Notes: generated by a model not told the origin, from the letters alone. A DNA stretch of 64,000 bases from an uncultured Chloroflexia bacterium (GCA_963788235.1 CAWBFV010000004.1:406336-470335), one strand, 5' to 3'; shown: positions 37,807 to 47,260, numbered from the stretch's first letter. Numbers and translations are program-made.

Positions 37807-38607
37807 TCAGCCGACGACGGCGAGGTTCCGCGATGGCGGCTCGAGCTCCGCGGCGCGCTGCCGCGATCGAGCGATCGTCTGCGCCAAAGCGACCCGGTAG
37901 GTCGCGTCAGTTTCGGGCAACGGGGTCTCGGCCAGCTCGCGGGCGAGCACGTCGCACAGCCGTCGGTACTGGCGCACGACCTGCGACCGGCTCCCGATGC
38001 GGCCGTGGACGGCGATGAGAACCTCGTGGGCCTCCTCGCGGAGCGGGTCGCGGGCGATCAATCGCTCGGCCGCGAGACGCGCGCCTTCGACGTCGCCGCC
38101 GTCGAGTCGCTGCTTGGCGACGTCGGCCAGCGCGTCCTCGAAGTGATCGGCGAGTCGCTCGCGTTCAGCCGCGAAGCAGTCGTGCCCGAGGCCTTCGGCG
38201 AGGTCGCCGCCGAAGAGCCCGACGGCGGTCTCTGCGTCACAGGTGCCGTCGTCGAGGCACGCCTCGAACGTCGCGACATCCAGGAAGTTGATCGACTCGG
38301 GTCGGAGACCCAGCGTCTCGGCGTCCAATTCGAGCACCGCGTCGAGATCGAGCCCGGCCGCGGCGAGGGCCGCCCGGAGCTGGTAGAGCGCCTGGCGGAG
38401 CGGCCCGGTGGCGGCCACCAGCGACTCGGGCCACAGGTCGGTGGCGATCGCCTCGCGGGTACGCGGGCGACGGGTGAGTGCAAGCAGCGTGAACAGCGCC
38501 TGCGCGTGACGGCCGACCAGCCGGATCTCGCACCCGTCCGCGGTACGCACGCTGAAGCGTCCGAGCAGCGTTACCTGCAAGCCGGACGCGCTCACGGCTG
38601 AGGTCAT
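37807..38607 (-). CDS. SARP/AfsR-like transcriptional regulator (winged helix plus BTAD)
   Basis: The ATG at 38607 gives 266 aa. LQVTLLGRFSV...REAIATDLWPE is an OmpR-like DNA-binding domain. ...REEAHEVLIAVHGRIGSRSQVVRQYRRLCDVLARELAETPLPET is the BTAD. Confidence 0.8.
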   Translation of the reverse strand: MTSAVSASGLQVTLLGRFSVRTADGCEIRLVGRHAQALFTLLALTRRPRTREAIATDLWPESLVAATGPLRQALYQLRAALAAAGLDLDAVLELDAETLGLRPESINFLDVATFEACLDDGTCDAETAVGLFGGDLAEGLGHDCFAAERERLADHFEDALADVAKQRLDGGDVEGARLAAERLIARDPLREEAHEVLIAVHGRIGSRSQVVRQYRRLCDVLARELAETPLPETDATYRVALAQTIARSRQRAAELEPPSRNLAVVG

Positions 38608-38777
38608 GTGATGTCCCCTCAGACTGCGTCGCGACGCCCGGCCCATCCCCCCACGGGCCGGACGCCTTGACTGCATCGGCGGGCCCCCAGACCCTGCCCA
38701 ATTCCCCCGGTCGCGACCGGTGCGCCCCCGCGCCGTCGGCCGGATGACTTGCATGGTGTCGCGCACGGCACTCGCCG

Positions 38778-39710
38778 GTGAACGGGGATGCGACACCGAA
38801 AGTGTCGGCAAGCCGACACCCGGAGCGCGGGTACACTTCGTCGACCGTGCCGATCGCCGTCATCGCGTTCGACTTCGACCCCCTGCTGCACGTCGCCGAG
38901 GGCCTGACGGTCCGCTGGCAGACGATCGCCCTGGCCGCGGTCGTCGCCCTCTGTCTCGCGACGGCAGGCATCCTGGCGCGGCGCTCGTCGCTTCGGGCGG
39001 ACGACCTCCTGTACATCGCGATCGGGGCCGTCCCGGGCGCGGTGGTCGGCGGACGGATCGGGTATGCGCTGCTCGTGCCGGACGCGTTTCGCGCCGGGCC
39101 GATGTCGCTGCTCGACCCGACGGTCGGCGGTCTCGAGCTCGGCCTGGCGGTCGTCGGTGGTCTGCTGTCCGGATCCGTGGTGGCGGCCCTGCTCGGAGCG
39201 CCGACGGGTCGATGGGCGCACCTCCTCGCAACCCCGCTGCTCGTGGCGATCGCGGCCGGCAAGCTGACGATGGCCCTCGGCGGGAGCGGTCAGGGCCGGG
39301 CCTTCGACGGCACGTGGGCGACCGCCTACCTCGGCGCCGGGCCGTGGGTCGGGCTCGCACCCGATCTGTCCTCGCATCCGGCCCAGGTCTACGAGGCGGT
39401 CGGAACGCTGGTCGTCGCGGTGATCGTGGTGCTGGCGACGGCGGCCGGTGCGTTCCGGGCACTCGACGGCAGGCGACTGCTCATCGCGATCGCGGGTTGG
39501 GCGCTCGTTCGGGCGGTCGTCTCGACGACGTGGCGTGACCCGGTCGTCGCGGGGCCGCTGCCGGTCGGTGGACTCGTCGCGCTCGGCGTGGCGATCGGCG
39601 GCATCGTGGCGACGGTCCTCGTGACCACCTGGCGGCCTCGTCGCGTTCGCGATGGCGCCAGCACCGCTGCTCCGGTATGGCCCGATCCGGAGACGCGACC
39701 GCCGTTCTGA
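38778..39710 (+). CDS. divergent Lgt-family (prolipoprotein diacylglyceryl transferase-like) membrane protein
   Basis: Polytopic protein with VGGRIGYALL and SSHPAQVYEAV, which parallel Lgt GGRLYH and HPxxLYE. The Lgt signature GRWGNxxNxE is replaced by AAGKLTMALGGSGQG. Start uncertain. Confidence 0.6.
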   Translation: MNGDATPKVSASRHPERGYTSSTVPIAVIAFDFDPLLHVAEGLTVRWQTIALAAVVALCLATAGILARRSSLRADDLLYIAIGAVPGAVVGGRIGYALLVPDAFRAGPMSLLDPTVGGLELGLAVVGGLLSGSVVAALLGAPTGRWAHLLATPLLVAIAAGKLTMALGGSGQGRAFDGTWATAYLGAGPWVGLAPDLSSHPAQVYEAVGTLVVAVIVVLATAAGAFRALDGRRLLIAIAGWALVRAVVSTTWRDPVVAGPLPVGGLVALGVAIGGIVATVLVTTWRPRRVRDGASTAAPVWPDPETRPPF

Positions 39711-39788
39711 GGAGCCAGCCCGAGTGGCAAGCCGCCCGAGACGGGGTATCGTGGCAGCGATGACGATGCCGTTCCGAGGACCGATCCG

Positions 39789-41324
39789 ATGACCCAGCTC
39801 GCCGAACCCGAGATCGCCCAGACCGCCGCGCCCGGGCGGATCAGTCACTGGATCGGTGGCCGCACCGTCGAAGGCACGTCAGGACGCCAGGGCGATGTCT
39901 ACGACCCGGCGACCGGACGCCTCGCCAAGCACGTCGATTTCGCCTCCGTCGAGGAAGTGGCTGCTGCGGTCGCCGCCGCCCGCGCGGCCTTCCCGGGCTG
40001 GCGCGCGACCTCACTCAGCAAGCGCACGGACATCCTGTTCAAGATCCGGAACCTCGTCGAACAGAATCGCCACGAGCTCGCGGCGCACCTGACTGCTGAA
40101 CACGGCAAGGTGCCATCGGACGCGCTGGGCGAGATCGCCCGAGGCCTCGAGAACCTCGAGTTCGCCTGCGGGATCCCGAACCTCCTCAAGGGCGGGTTCA
40201 CGGAGCAGGCGAGCACGGGCATCGACGTCTACCAGATCCGCCAGCCCCTGGGCGTCGTGGCCGGCATCACGCCGTTCAACTTCCCCGCGATGGTGCCGAT
40301 GTGGATGTTCGCGACGGCCATCGCGACGGGGAACACGTTCATCCTCAAGCCGTCCGAGAAGGACCCGTCGGCCTCGATCTTCATGGCCGAGCTGCTCCAC
40401 GAAGCCGGCGTGCCCGACGGGGTCTTCAACGTCGTCCATGGCGACAAGGTCGCGGTCGACGCGATCCTCGAGCACCCGGACATCGCCGCGATCAGCTTCG
40501 TCGGCTCCACCCCGATCGCGCGCTACATCTACCAGACCGGGACCGCCAACGGGAAGCGCGTTCAGGCCCTCGGCGGCGCGAAGAACCACATGATCGTGCT
40601 GCCCGACGCGGACATCGACATGGCCGCGGATGCCGCGGTCTCCGCGGGGTACGGTTCGGCCGGTGAGCGGTGCATGGCAATCGCGACGGTCGTCGCAGTC
40701 GGAGACGTCGCCGATCCGCTGGTCGACGCGATCACGGCTCGCCTCCCCAAGGTCAAGGTCGGGCCCGGCAGCGATCCCGAGGCCGAGATGGGGCCGCTCG
40801 TCACTCGCCAGCATCGCGACAAGGTGGCGTCCTACCTCGACAGCTCCGCGGAGCAGGGCGCGACCGTCGTCGCCGACGGCCGCGAGCACCCGCTCTACGG
40901 CGGCAGCGACGGGTTCTTCCTCGGCGTGTCGCTGATCGACCACGTGACCACGACGATGGACGCGTACCGCGACGAGATCTTCGGCCCGGTCCTGACCGTG
41001 GTCCGGGTAAAGACCTACGACGAGGCGGTCAAGCTGATCAACGAGAACCCGTACGGCAACGGGACCGCGATCTTCACGCGCGACGGCGGGGCGGCTCGCC
41101 AGTTCCAGTTCGAGGTCAATGCCGGGATGGTCGGCATCAACGTGCCGATCCCCGTGCCGGTCGCGTATTACAGCTTCGGTGGCTGGAAGGCGAGCCTGTT
41201 CGGCGACCTGCACATGTACGGACCGGAGGGGATCCAGTTCTACACGCGCGGCAAGATCGTCACGTCGCGCTGGCCGGATCCGGGCACGAGCAAGATCGAC
41301 CTCGGGTTCCCGCGCACGCGCTAG
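39789..41324 (+). CDS. mmsA: CoA-acylating methylmalonate-/malonate-semialdehyde dehydrogenase
   Basis: 511 aa. ITPFNFPAMVPMWMF, FILKPSEKDP, catalytic Cys in GERCMA, and the C-terminal ...INVPIPVPVAYYSFGGWKASLFGD that is characteristic of MmsA. Confidence 0.9.
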   Translation: MTQLAEPEIAQTAAPGRISHWIGGRTVEGTSGRQGDVYDPATGRLAKHVDFASVEEVAAAVAAARAAFPGWRATSLSKRTDILFKIRNLVEQNRHELAAHLTAEHGKVPSDALGEIARGLENLEFACGIPNLLKGGFTEQASTGIDVYQIRQPLGVVAGITPFNFPAMVPMWMFATAIATGNTFILKPSEKDPSASIFMAELLHEAGVPDGVFNVVHGDKVAVDAILEHPDIAAISFVGSTPIARYIYQTGTANGKRVQALGGAKNHMIVLPDADIDMAADAAVSAGYGSAGERCMAIATVVAVGDVADPLVDAITARLPKVKVGPGSDPEAEMGPLVTRQHRDKVASYLDSSAEQGATVVADGREHPLYGGSDGFFLGVSLIDHVTTTMDAYRDEIFGPVLTVVRVKTYDEAVKLINENPYGNGTAIFTRDGGAARQFQFEVNAGMVGINVPIPVPVAYYSFGGWKASLFGDLHMYGPEGIQFYTRGKIVTSRWPDPGTSKIDLGFPRTR

Positions 41325-41396
41325 GGTCGTGCGGGTCGGGGAGTAGAGGCCAGGGTCGGGGGTCGGGCCGGCTCCCGCGCCACTGCCGTTTCGCAG

Positions 41397-41595
41397 GATT
41401 CCTGCCATTTGTTCGCCACGCGACCATTAGTCCCACAGCGAGGGCCCAGCCGCGACCCCGCGTTGTATCGCTATGCATCCATGCACCGATCGCCGCACGC
41501 GCCGTGTCGCGCGGCGCATACCGATGCACCGATCGTGGGTCCAAACACGCGCTGAGCCTGACGAACGCCCACCTGGCGGACATTTGGCAGGAATC
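41397..41595. repeat. 21-nt imperfect inverted repeat flanking 157 nt of non-coding sequence
   Basis: GATTCCTGCCATTTGTTCGCC (41397-41417) against the reverse complement of GGCGGACATTTGGCAGGAATC (41575-41595): 18/21 as DNA, or 19/21 counting one G-U pair as RNA. It lies inside the 425-nt mmsA-yggT spacer. Confidence 0.7.
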
Positions 41596-41749
41596 GGGCC
41601 ACGTGGGCCGGGGCGAGCATCGCGCCGGCGCGTTGGCGCACCGCGGAAACCACCTGATAGGCGTCTGCAAGCCGCGGCGACCCGAAACGTGTCTGCGATG
41701 GACGCATGGGGGCCCATCCTGCGGCGGTCTAGCCCAGGAGGCGACCCAG

Positions 41750-42169
41750 ATGACTGATTACGAACGCACCACCACACGCCAGACGATGAGCGTCGATCCG
41801 GCGAACGACCCTCGGAGTGCGACCACGACGACCGAACGAGCCCATGTGCCGGCGGGTCCGGGTGCGGCGGCCGTCGTCGCCCGCTTCGTCATGTTCCTGT
41901 TCGGCGTCCTGCAGGTTGCCCTGATCCTGCGCGTCATCCTGCTGCTGCTGGTCGCCAATCAGGCCAACGACGTTGTGCAGCTGATCCTCAACATCACCGA
42001 TCCGTTCGTCGAGCCGTTCCGCGGCATGTTCCAGCTCGACCGCGTTACCGCGGGGCGCCAGGTCCTAGACATCGCGGCGATCGTCGCGCTGATCGGCTGG
42101 ACCCTCGTCGAGATGCTGGTCCTGGCGCTGATCCGGGTCTTCGACCGCCGGAGGATCACCGAGATCTGA
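41750..42169 (+). CDS. YggT family membrane protein
   Basis: The ATG at 41750 is preceded by AGGAGG, giving 139 aa. The C-terminal 90 aa have the two-TM YggT layout (…VMFLFGVLQVALILRVILLLL…DPFVEPFRG…IAAIVALIGWTLV…). Confidence 0.75.
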   Translation: MTDYERTTTRQTMSVDPANDPRSATTTTERAHVPAGPGAAAVVARFVMFLFGVLQVALILRVILLLLVANQANDVVQLILNITDPFVEPFRGMFQLDRVTAGRQVLDIAAIVALIGWTLVEMLVLALIRVFDRRRITEI

Positions 42170-43100
42170 CCGACACCGCTCCTTCACGGACCGCGCCCGC
42201 CAGGGCCGCGATGTCGGCCGGGCCGGTCCCGCAACAACCGCCAAGCCACGACGCCCCGAGGGCGGTCCACGACAGGACCGCCCTCGCGTCGTATCCGCCG
42301 CCTCCGTGCGCGGCCTCCCACACCCGGTTCGCGGGATCCCAGGCTTCGCCGAGGTTCGGGTAGGCGACGAGCGGCATGTCCGTCGCGTCCGCCGCGGCGG
42401 CGAGCAGGTCGGGGACGAACCTTGGTGCGGTGCAGTTGACGCCGACCGCCGCGATCCCCGCGACACCCGTCGCCACGCCGATGGCCTCCGCGATGGGCTC
42501 GCCGGCCGCGGTGGTCGCCTCGTCGCGACACTGGTAGGAGAGCCATGCCCTGGCCCCGAGCTCGTCGACCAGCGTCGCGAGGACCCGGCCCTCGCGCATC
42601 GTCGGGATCGTCTCGATCGCCAGCATGTCGGCGCCGGCGTCGAGGAGCGCCTCCATGCGCGGAGCGTGGAGATCGCGCAGCGCCTCGTCGCCCGGGTCGT
42701 AGTCGCCGCGGTACTCCGACCCGTCGGCGAACATCGCCCCATACGGTCCGACCGACCCGGCGACGAGCAGCTCGCCCTCGGCTCGACCCATCCGCTCGGC
42801 GAAGCGGTCGCGCGCCCGTCGCGCGATCTCGACGGATCGTCTGATGGCACCGAGCGCCGCTGCCCGATCCAGGCCGGCCGCGGCAAAGCCCGGGATCGTC
42901 GCCTGGTAGCTCGCGGTGGTCGCGATCTCGGCGCCCGCCGCGAAGTAGGCGACGTGGACGGCCTCGATCGCGTCGGGATCCGTAAGCAGCAGGCGTGCCG
43001 ACCAGAGCCGATCGGACAGGTCGTGGCCGCGCGCCTCGAGCTCGGTGGCGAGCCCGCCATCGAGAACCACCGGCCGCGACGACCCTCGCGTCTCGATCAC
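42156..43100 (-). CDS. mmuM: homocysteine S-methyltransferase
   Basis: 314 aa. VLDGGLATELE..., ...AIETIP..., and the zinc site GVNCT...GGCCGTGP. Confidence 0.9.
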   Translation of the reverse strand: MIETRGSSRPVVLDGGLATELEARGHDLSDRLWSARLLLTDPDAIEAVHVAYFAAGAEIATTASYQATIPGFAAAGLDRAAALGAIRRSVEIARRARDRFAERMGRAEGELLVAGSVGPYGAMFADGSEYRGDYDPGDEALRDLHAPRMEALLDAGADMLAIETIPTMREGRVLATLVDELGARAWLSYQCRDEATTAAGEPIAEAIGVATGVAGIAAVGVNCTAPRFVPDLLAAAADATDMPLVAYPNLGEAWDPANRVWEAAHGGGGYDARAVLSWTALGASWLGGCCGTGPADIAALAGAVREGAVSVRSR

Positions 43101-44188
43101 GATGCGTGCCGACCGACCGCGACGATCGTCACGTCGTCGACCGGGTCCGCCGCTCCCCGGAATGCCGCGACGGCATCGCGGATGCCGGCGACCATCTCGT
43201 GGGCCGTCCCGTCGCGGAATCGCTCGAGTCCCTCGAGCAACCTCGCCTTGCCGAACCGCTCGCCGGCCTCCGATCGCGCGTCGGTGACGCCGTCGGTGTA
43301 GAGCAGCAGCGTGTCGCCGAGGCGCAGCTCGATCTCGACTTCCGGGATCCCCAGGCGCGAGAACGCGCCGAGGAGCGGGCCACCGCCGTTCACCGGCGCG
43401 ATCGGCGCGCCGTCGCGCGGGATCAGCAGCGGGGACTCGTGGCCGGCATTCGCCATCCGGAACGACCCGGTCCGGAGGTCCAGCCGACCGGCGAGGACCG
43501 TGATGAACAGCGTCGTATGCAGCTCGTCCACGAGGATCCGGTTGGTCCGTTCGAGTGCCTCGGATGGGCCGCTCGCGGCGGTGAGGGCGGTGTGGATCAC
43601 TGGGCGGGCGAAGGCCATCAGCAGCGCTGCCGCGATGCCCTTGCCGGCCACGTCGGCGATCACGACGCCCAGCGGGTGCGCCCGGCGCCGCATCCGGAAC
43701 AGCTCGAAGAAGTCGCCGCCGATCTCGCGCGCCGGCTCGTAGTGGCTGGCGAGGTCATAGCCCTCGACGTGCGGCGCCTGCAGCGAGACGATCGTCCGCT
43801 GCTGCAGCCGGCTCATCGCCAGGTCGGCCGCGAACGACGACCGGTCGGCGGGGGCGTCCCCCGACGGATCGTTCGACGCCCCCGACCGACGCCGCGCGTC
43901 GGCCAGCGCCTCGAGCCCGAGCGCCAGGGCCTCGACCGTCGCAACGACCGCCGGATCGGCGATCGCGCCACCCTCGGCGACGAGGCGCCCGATCAGCGCA
44001 TCGTCGATGCGCAGCTCGCGGCTGAATCGGGCATCGGACGCTCCAGCGACCTGACCCGCGATCGCGACGAGCGCGCCGGATGCGTCCTCGACGCGGATCG
44101 CCAGGTCACTCGGGATATCGGCGAGCGGTGCCAGGATCCGCCGGACCTGTGCGGCGTCCAGCCAGGCGTCTGGATCGCGTCCGGCCAT
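43097..44188 (-). CDS. PP2C-family (SpoIIE/RsbU-like) serine phosphatase
   Basis: 363 aa. EIGGDFFE...VVIADVAGKGIAAAL...NAGHESPLL...LLLYTDGVTD. It has an ATGA-type overlap with the downstream gene. Confidence 0.85.
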   Translation of the reverse strand: MAGRDPDAWLDAAQVRRILAPLADIPSDLAIRVEDASGALVAIAGQVAGASDARFSRELRIDDALIGRLVAEGGAIADPAVVATVEALALGLEALADARRRSGASNDPSGDAPADRSSFAADLAMSRLQQRTIVSLQAPHVEGYDLASHYEPAREIGGDFFELFRMRRRAHPLGVVIADVAGKGIAAALLMAFARPVIHTALTAASGPSEALERTNRILVDELHTTLFITVLAGRLDLRTGSFRMANAGHESPLLIPRDGAPIAPVNGGGPLLGAFSRLGIPEVEIELRLGDTLLLYTDGVTDARSEAGERFGKARLLEGLERFRDGTAHEMVAGIRDAVAAFRGAADPVDDVTIVAVGRHAS

Positions 44189-44206
44189 ATCGCGGGACCC
44201 GCCGGC

Positions 44207-44626
44207 TCAGAACGCGGCGAGCGCGGTCTCGCGGTCGGGATGGCTGCGGAAGAGGCGATCCAGGCCGGTCCGCTCGAGCACCTCGGTGACGCTCGGCTGG
44301 GCGCCGCACAGCTGGACGGCGGTCTGGACCTCGCCCTCCTCGACGCCGCGACTGACCTCGTGGAAGGCGCCCCAGCCGTACTCCGGATCGGGCGGCTCCT
44401 CGCCGTTCATCACGCGGACGACCGAGAACAGCGCGACGAGCCCGGAGCTCGCGATGAACGACAGGTCGGTCAGGTCGAGCAGCAGGTGGCGAGTGCCGGA
44501 GTCGTACAACTCGCGGACGTCATCGACGAGGCGCAGGTAATTGGACGCGTCGAGCTCTCCATCGAGCGCCATCACCGTGACCGGCACGCCCGCATCGACG
44601 CGCTCCACCCTGGTCAGCATCGCCAT
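44207..44626 (-). CDS. STAS-domain anti-sigma-factor antagonist
   Basis: 139 aa. ...LLLDLTDLSFIASSGLVAL... carries the phosphorylatable Ser context of the SpoIIAA/RsbV family. Confidence 0.8.
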   Translation of the reverse strand: MAMLTRVERVDAGVPVTVMALDGELDASNYLRLVDDVRELYDSGTRHLLLDLTDLSFIASSGLVALFSVVRVMNGEEPPDPEYGWGAFHEVSRGVEEGEVQTAVQLCGAQPSVTEVLERTGLDRLFRSHPDRETALAAF

Positions 44627-44629
44627 CTG

Positions 44630-45076
44630 CTAGCCCTCCTTCGCCTTGGCCACCCGCGACCGCGTGAGCGTGAGTATGTTCCCACCCCCGGGTCGCGGTT
44701 CGTGGCGGATCGAGTCCATCGCGAGACGCATCAGGTGCACGCCCATGCCGCCCGGCCGCCGATCCCTGGGGTGGATCGCGAGGTCCGGCGTCGGGACGTC
44801 GGTCGGATCGAAGGCCGGTGCCCGGTCCTCGAGCGTGACGACGATGTCGTCGCCGAGCAACTCGGCGGTCAGATCGATCGTGCCGGGCTGGCCCTGGTAC
44901 CCGTGGATGATGATGTTCGTGACCGCCTCATCGACCGCCTGGACGAGGTCGTCGACGCACGTTGCCGGCGCCTCGCACGCGCGAGCCACCTCGCGGACGG
45001 CGGCGCGGACGTCCGCGAGTCGCTCGACATCGGCGTCGATGTGCAGCTCGCGGCGGACGGCGACCAACTCGTTCAA
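44630..45076 (-). CDS. anti-sigma regulatory factor / serine kinase (RsbW/SpoIIAB-like HATPase)
   Basis: The TTG at 45076 overlaps the upstream stop (TTGA). AVDEAVTNIIIHGY (N-box) and ...GGMGVHLMRLAMD (G-box). Confidence 0.75.
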   Translation of the reverse strand: MNELVAVRRELHIDADVERLADVRAAVREVARACEAPATCVDDLVQAVDEAVTNIIIHGYQGQPGTIDLTAELLGDDIVVTLEDRAPAFDPTDVPTPDLAIHPRDRRPGGMGVHLMRLAMDSIRHEPRPGGGNILTLTRSRVAKAKEG

Positions 45077-45546
45077 TCGGCCGCGGCCGACCAGGCCTGG
45101 AGCTCGATGATGTTGCCGTCCGGGTCGGTGCCGTAGCACCAGGTGACCTGCCGCCCGTCGGATGTGCGGGTCGTGATGATGTGGCCGTATCGGGCGCCGC
45201 CCGCGGCCACGACCGCTTCCATCGCGGCGGACACATCCGGAACCTGGAACGCGATGTGGCCCCAGCCGGGGCGCGCGACGTGTGGCCCGGGGTGTCCCTC
45301 GAGCACGTCGTAGGAGAAGATCTCGATCGTCGGCCCCTCCGCCCCGTGTCCCGGAAGACGGAGGTGGGCACCGGTCAGGTGGGCATCCGTCAGGCCAGTC
45401 GCCGCATCGAGATGCTCGCCGCGGATGTCCCGCTCCGGCGGCACGATCGTGCACCCGAACACGTCGGCGTAAAACGCGGCAAGGCGCCGCCAATCAGGCG
45501 ACGTCACGTTGACATGGCCGAAGCGAGCGCCCTCGATCTGCGTCAT
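45073..45546 (-). CDS. VOC (glyoxalase/bleomycin-resistance/dioxygenase) family protein
   Basis: 157 aa. FGHVNVTS...GWGHIAFQV...DPDGNIIEL is a typical paired beta-alpha-beta-beta-beta pattern. Confidence 0.8.
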   Translation of the reverse strand: MTQIEGARFGHVNVTSPDWRRLAAFYADVFGCTIVPPERDIRGEHLDAATGLTDAHLTGAHLRLPGHGAEGPTIEIFSYDVLEGHPGPHVARPGWGHIAFQVPDVSAAMEAVVAAGGARYGHIITTRTSDGRQVTWCYGTDPDGNIIELQAWSAAAD

Positions 45547-45583
45547 CGGTCGATCTCCGCGAGCGTGGGGAGGCGGTCGCCGG

Positions 45584-46981
45584 TCAGGCGATCCTGGCGT
45601 AGTCGGCGGGGGAGCGCTTCACGAACTTCCCGGCACCTTTGCGGCCGGTGAACTCCCCGTCGCGCACGATGACCGATCCGCGGGACAGCACCACCTCGCT
45701 GAACCCTTGCACCTGGCGCCCCTCGTAGCACGAATAGTCGACGTCCATGTGGTGGGTCGTCGCCGAGATCGTCCGCCGTCGGTTCGGGTCGTAGATCACG
45801 AGATCGGCGTCGGAGCCGACGGCAACCGCGCCCTTCTTCGGGTACATGCCGAAGAGCTTCGCTGGTGCCGTCGAGATCACCTCGACCCAGCGTTCCCTGG
45901 AGATCCGTCCGTCGACCACGCCGCCGTCGTGGAGCAGATCGACGCGGTCCTCGACGCCAGGCAGGCCGTTGGGGATCTTGCGGAAGTCGCCCTTCCCGAG
46001 CTCCTTCTGGCCGTGGAAGTCGAACGGACAGTGATCGGTCGACACGACCTGCAGGTCGTCCTTGATGAGGCCTGTCCACAGGTCGTCCCAGTGGCTCTTG
46101 GGCCGGAGGGGCGGGGAGCACACGAACTTCGCGCCCTCGAACCCGTTGCCGAGGTCGTCGAGCGAGAGGAACAGGTACTGCGGACACGTCTCCGCGAAGG
46201 CCTTCGAGCCGCGATCGCGCGCCGCGCGCACCTCGGCGAGCGCCTCCATCGCGGAGAGATGGACGATGTACACCGGCACGCCGGCGGCCTCGGCCAACCG
46301 GATGACGCGGTTGGTCGCCTCGCCCTCGAAGACCGCCTTGCGGGCGAGACCGTGCCCGATCGGGTCGGTGGTGCCCGCGTCCACGGTCTGCTCGGCCACG
46401 ACGTCGATGGCCATGCCGTTCTCGGCGTGCATCATGATCAGCCCGCCGTTCGTCGCGGTCTGCTGCATCGCCCTGAAGATCGCGCCGTCGTCGCTGTAGA
46501 AGACCCCCGGATAGGCCGTGAACAACTTGAAGTCCGGCACGCCTTCCTCGACGAGCGCGTCCATCTCCGCGAGCGTCTCGTCGTTGACGTCGCTCATGAT
46601 CATGTGGAAGCCGTAGTCGGCGACGGCGTTGCCCTCGGCCTTGGCGTGCCAGGCGTCGAGCCCGTCACGCAGCGACTTCCCGCGCGACTGGACCGCGAAG
46701 TCGACGATCGTCGTCGTGCCACCGAACGCCGCGGCGCGCGTACCGGTCTCGAACGTGTCCTTGGCAAACGTGCCGCCGAACGGCAGCTCCATGTGCGTGT
46801 GCACGTCGATGGCGCCCGGGATCACGTACTTGCCCGACGCGTCGATCGACTCGTCGGCCGTCATTCCCGCGCCGGCCAGATCGGCACCGATCGCGGCGAT
46901 CGTCTCGCCGTCGATCAGCACGTCCGCGAGCTGCGAGCCGTCCGCGCTGACGATGGTGCCGTTGGTGATGAGCGTGCGCAT
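45584..46981 (-). CDS. dihydropyrimidinase / D-hydantoinase
   Basis: 465 aa, with AGGAGGG upstream. GAIDVHTHMELP (HxH), FKLFTAY (carbamylated Lys region), MMHAENG, and STDHCPF. Confidence 0.93.
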   Translation of the reverse strand: MRTLITNGTIVSADGSQLADVLIDGETIAAIGADLAGAGMTADESIDASGKYVIPGAIDVHTHMELPFGGTFAKDTFETGTRAAAFGGTTTIVDFAVQSRGKSLRDGLDAWHAKAEGNAVADYGFHMIMSDVNDETLAEMDALVEEGVPDFKLFTAYPGVFYSDDGAIFRAMQQTATNGGLIMMHAENGMAIDVVAEQTVDAGTTDPIGHGLARKAVFEGEATNRVIRLAEAAGVPVYIVHLSAMEALAEVRAARDRGSKAFAETCPQYLFLSLDDLGNGFEGAKFVCSPPLRPKSHWDDLWTGLIKDDLQVVSTDHCPFDFHGQKELGKGDFRKIPNGLPGVEDRVDLLHDGGVVDGRISRERWVEVISTAPAKLFGMYPKKGAVAVGSDADLVIYDPNRRRTISATTHHMDVDYSCYEGRQVQGFSEVVLSRGSVIVRDGEFTGRKGAGKFVKRSPADYARIA

Positions 46982-47074
46982 CGGTCCCTCCTGGGGCGAC
47001 CTCGTCGACGGTCGATCAGGAGGGAGATGGTAGGCGATGGGCGCCCCGTCGGCGCCCCTCGCGCGATGGGACGG

Positions 47075-47260
47075 TCAGCCGATCCCGAGCTGGTGGAGGA
47101 CCGGCCGGAGCACCTGGATCCACGCGTAGGTCGTCAGACCGCAGGCCACGATGGCGATCGAGAAGGCGACCTCGCCCTGGATCCTGCGGACGAGATGACG
47201 ACGTCGCGCACCGCGACCGTCATCCCAGTACGGATCCCGCTTGCCGATTCCGGCGACCAT
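47075..47260 (-). CDS. small hypothetical membrane protein
   Basis: The ATG at 47260 is preceded by GGGAGGG, giving 61 aa with one TM (VAFSIAIVACGLTTYAWIQVL). It lies between the LLM oxidoreductase and the dihydropyrimidinase. No family recognised. Confidence 0.4.
   Translation of the reverse strand: MVAGIGKRDPYWDDGRGARRRHLVRRIQGEVAFSIAIVACGLTTYAWIQVLRPVLHQLGIG

Noticed and set aside
41381-41417. Possible cobalamin riboswitch fragments (GCGCCACTGCC followed by GCAGGATTCCTGCC, resembling the GCCACUG core and the B12 box).
   Set aside because: The two blocks are only 7 nt apart. The upstream AGGGAA/GGUG...UCC elements and the GGGAAG element are missing. The CCTGCC block is better explained as one arm of the 21-nt inverted repeat. 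The downstream gene (yggT) is not a typical B12-regulated gene.
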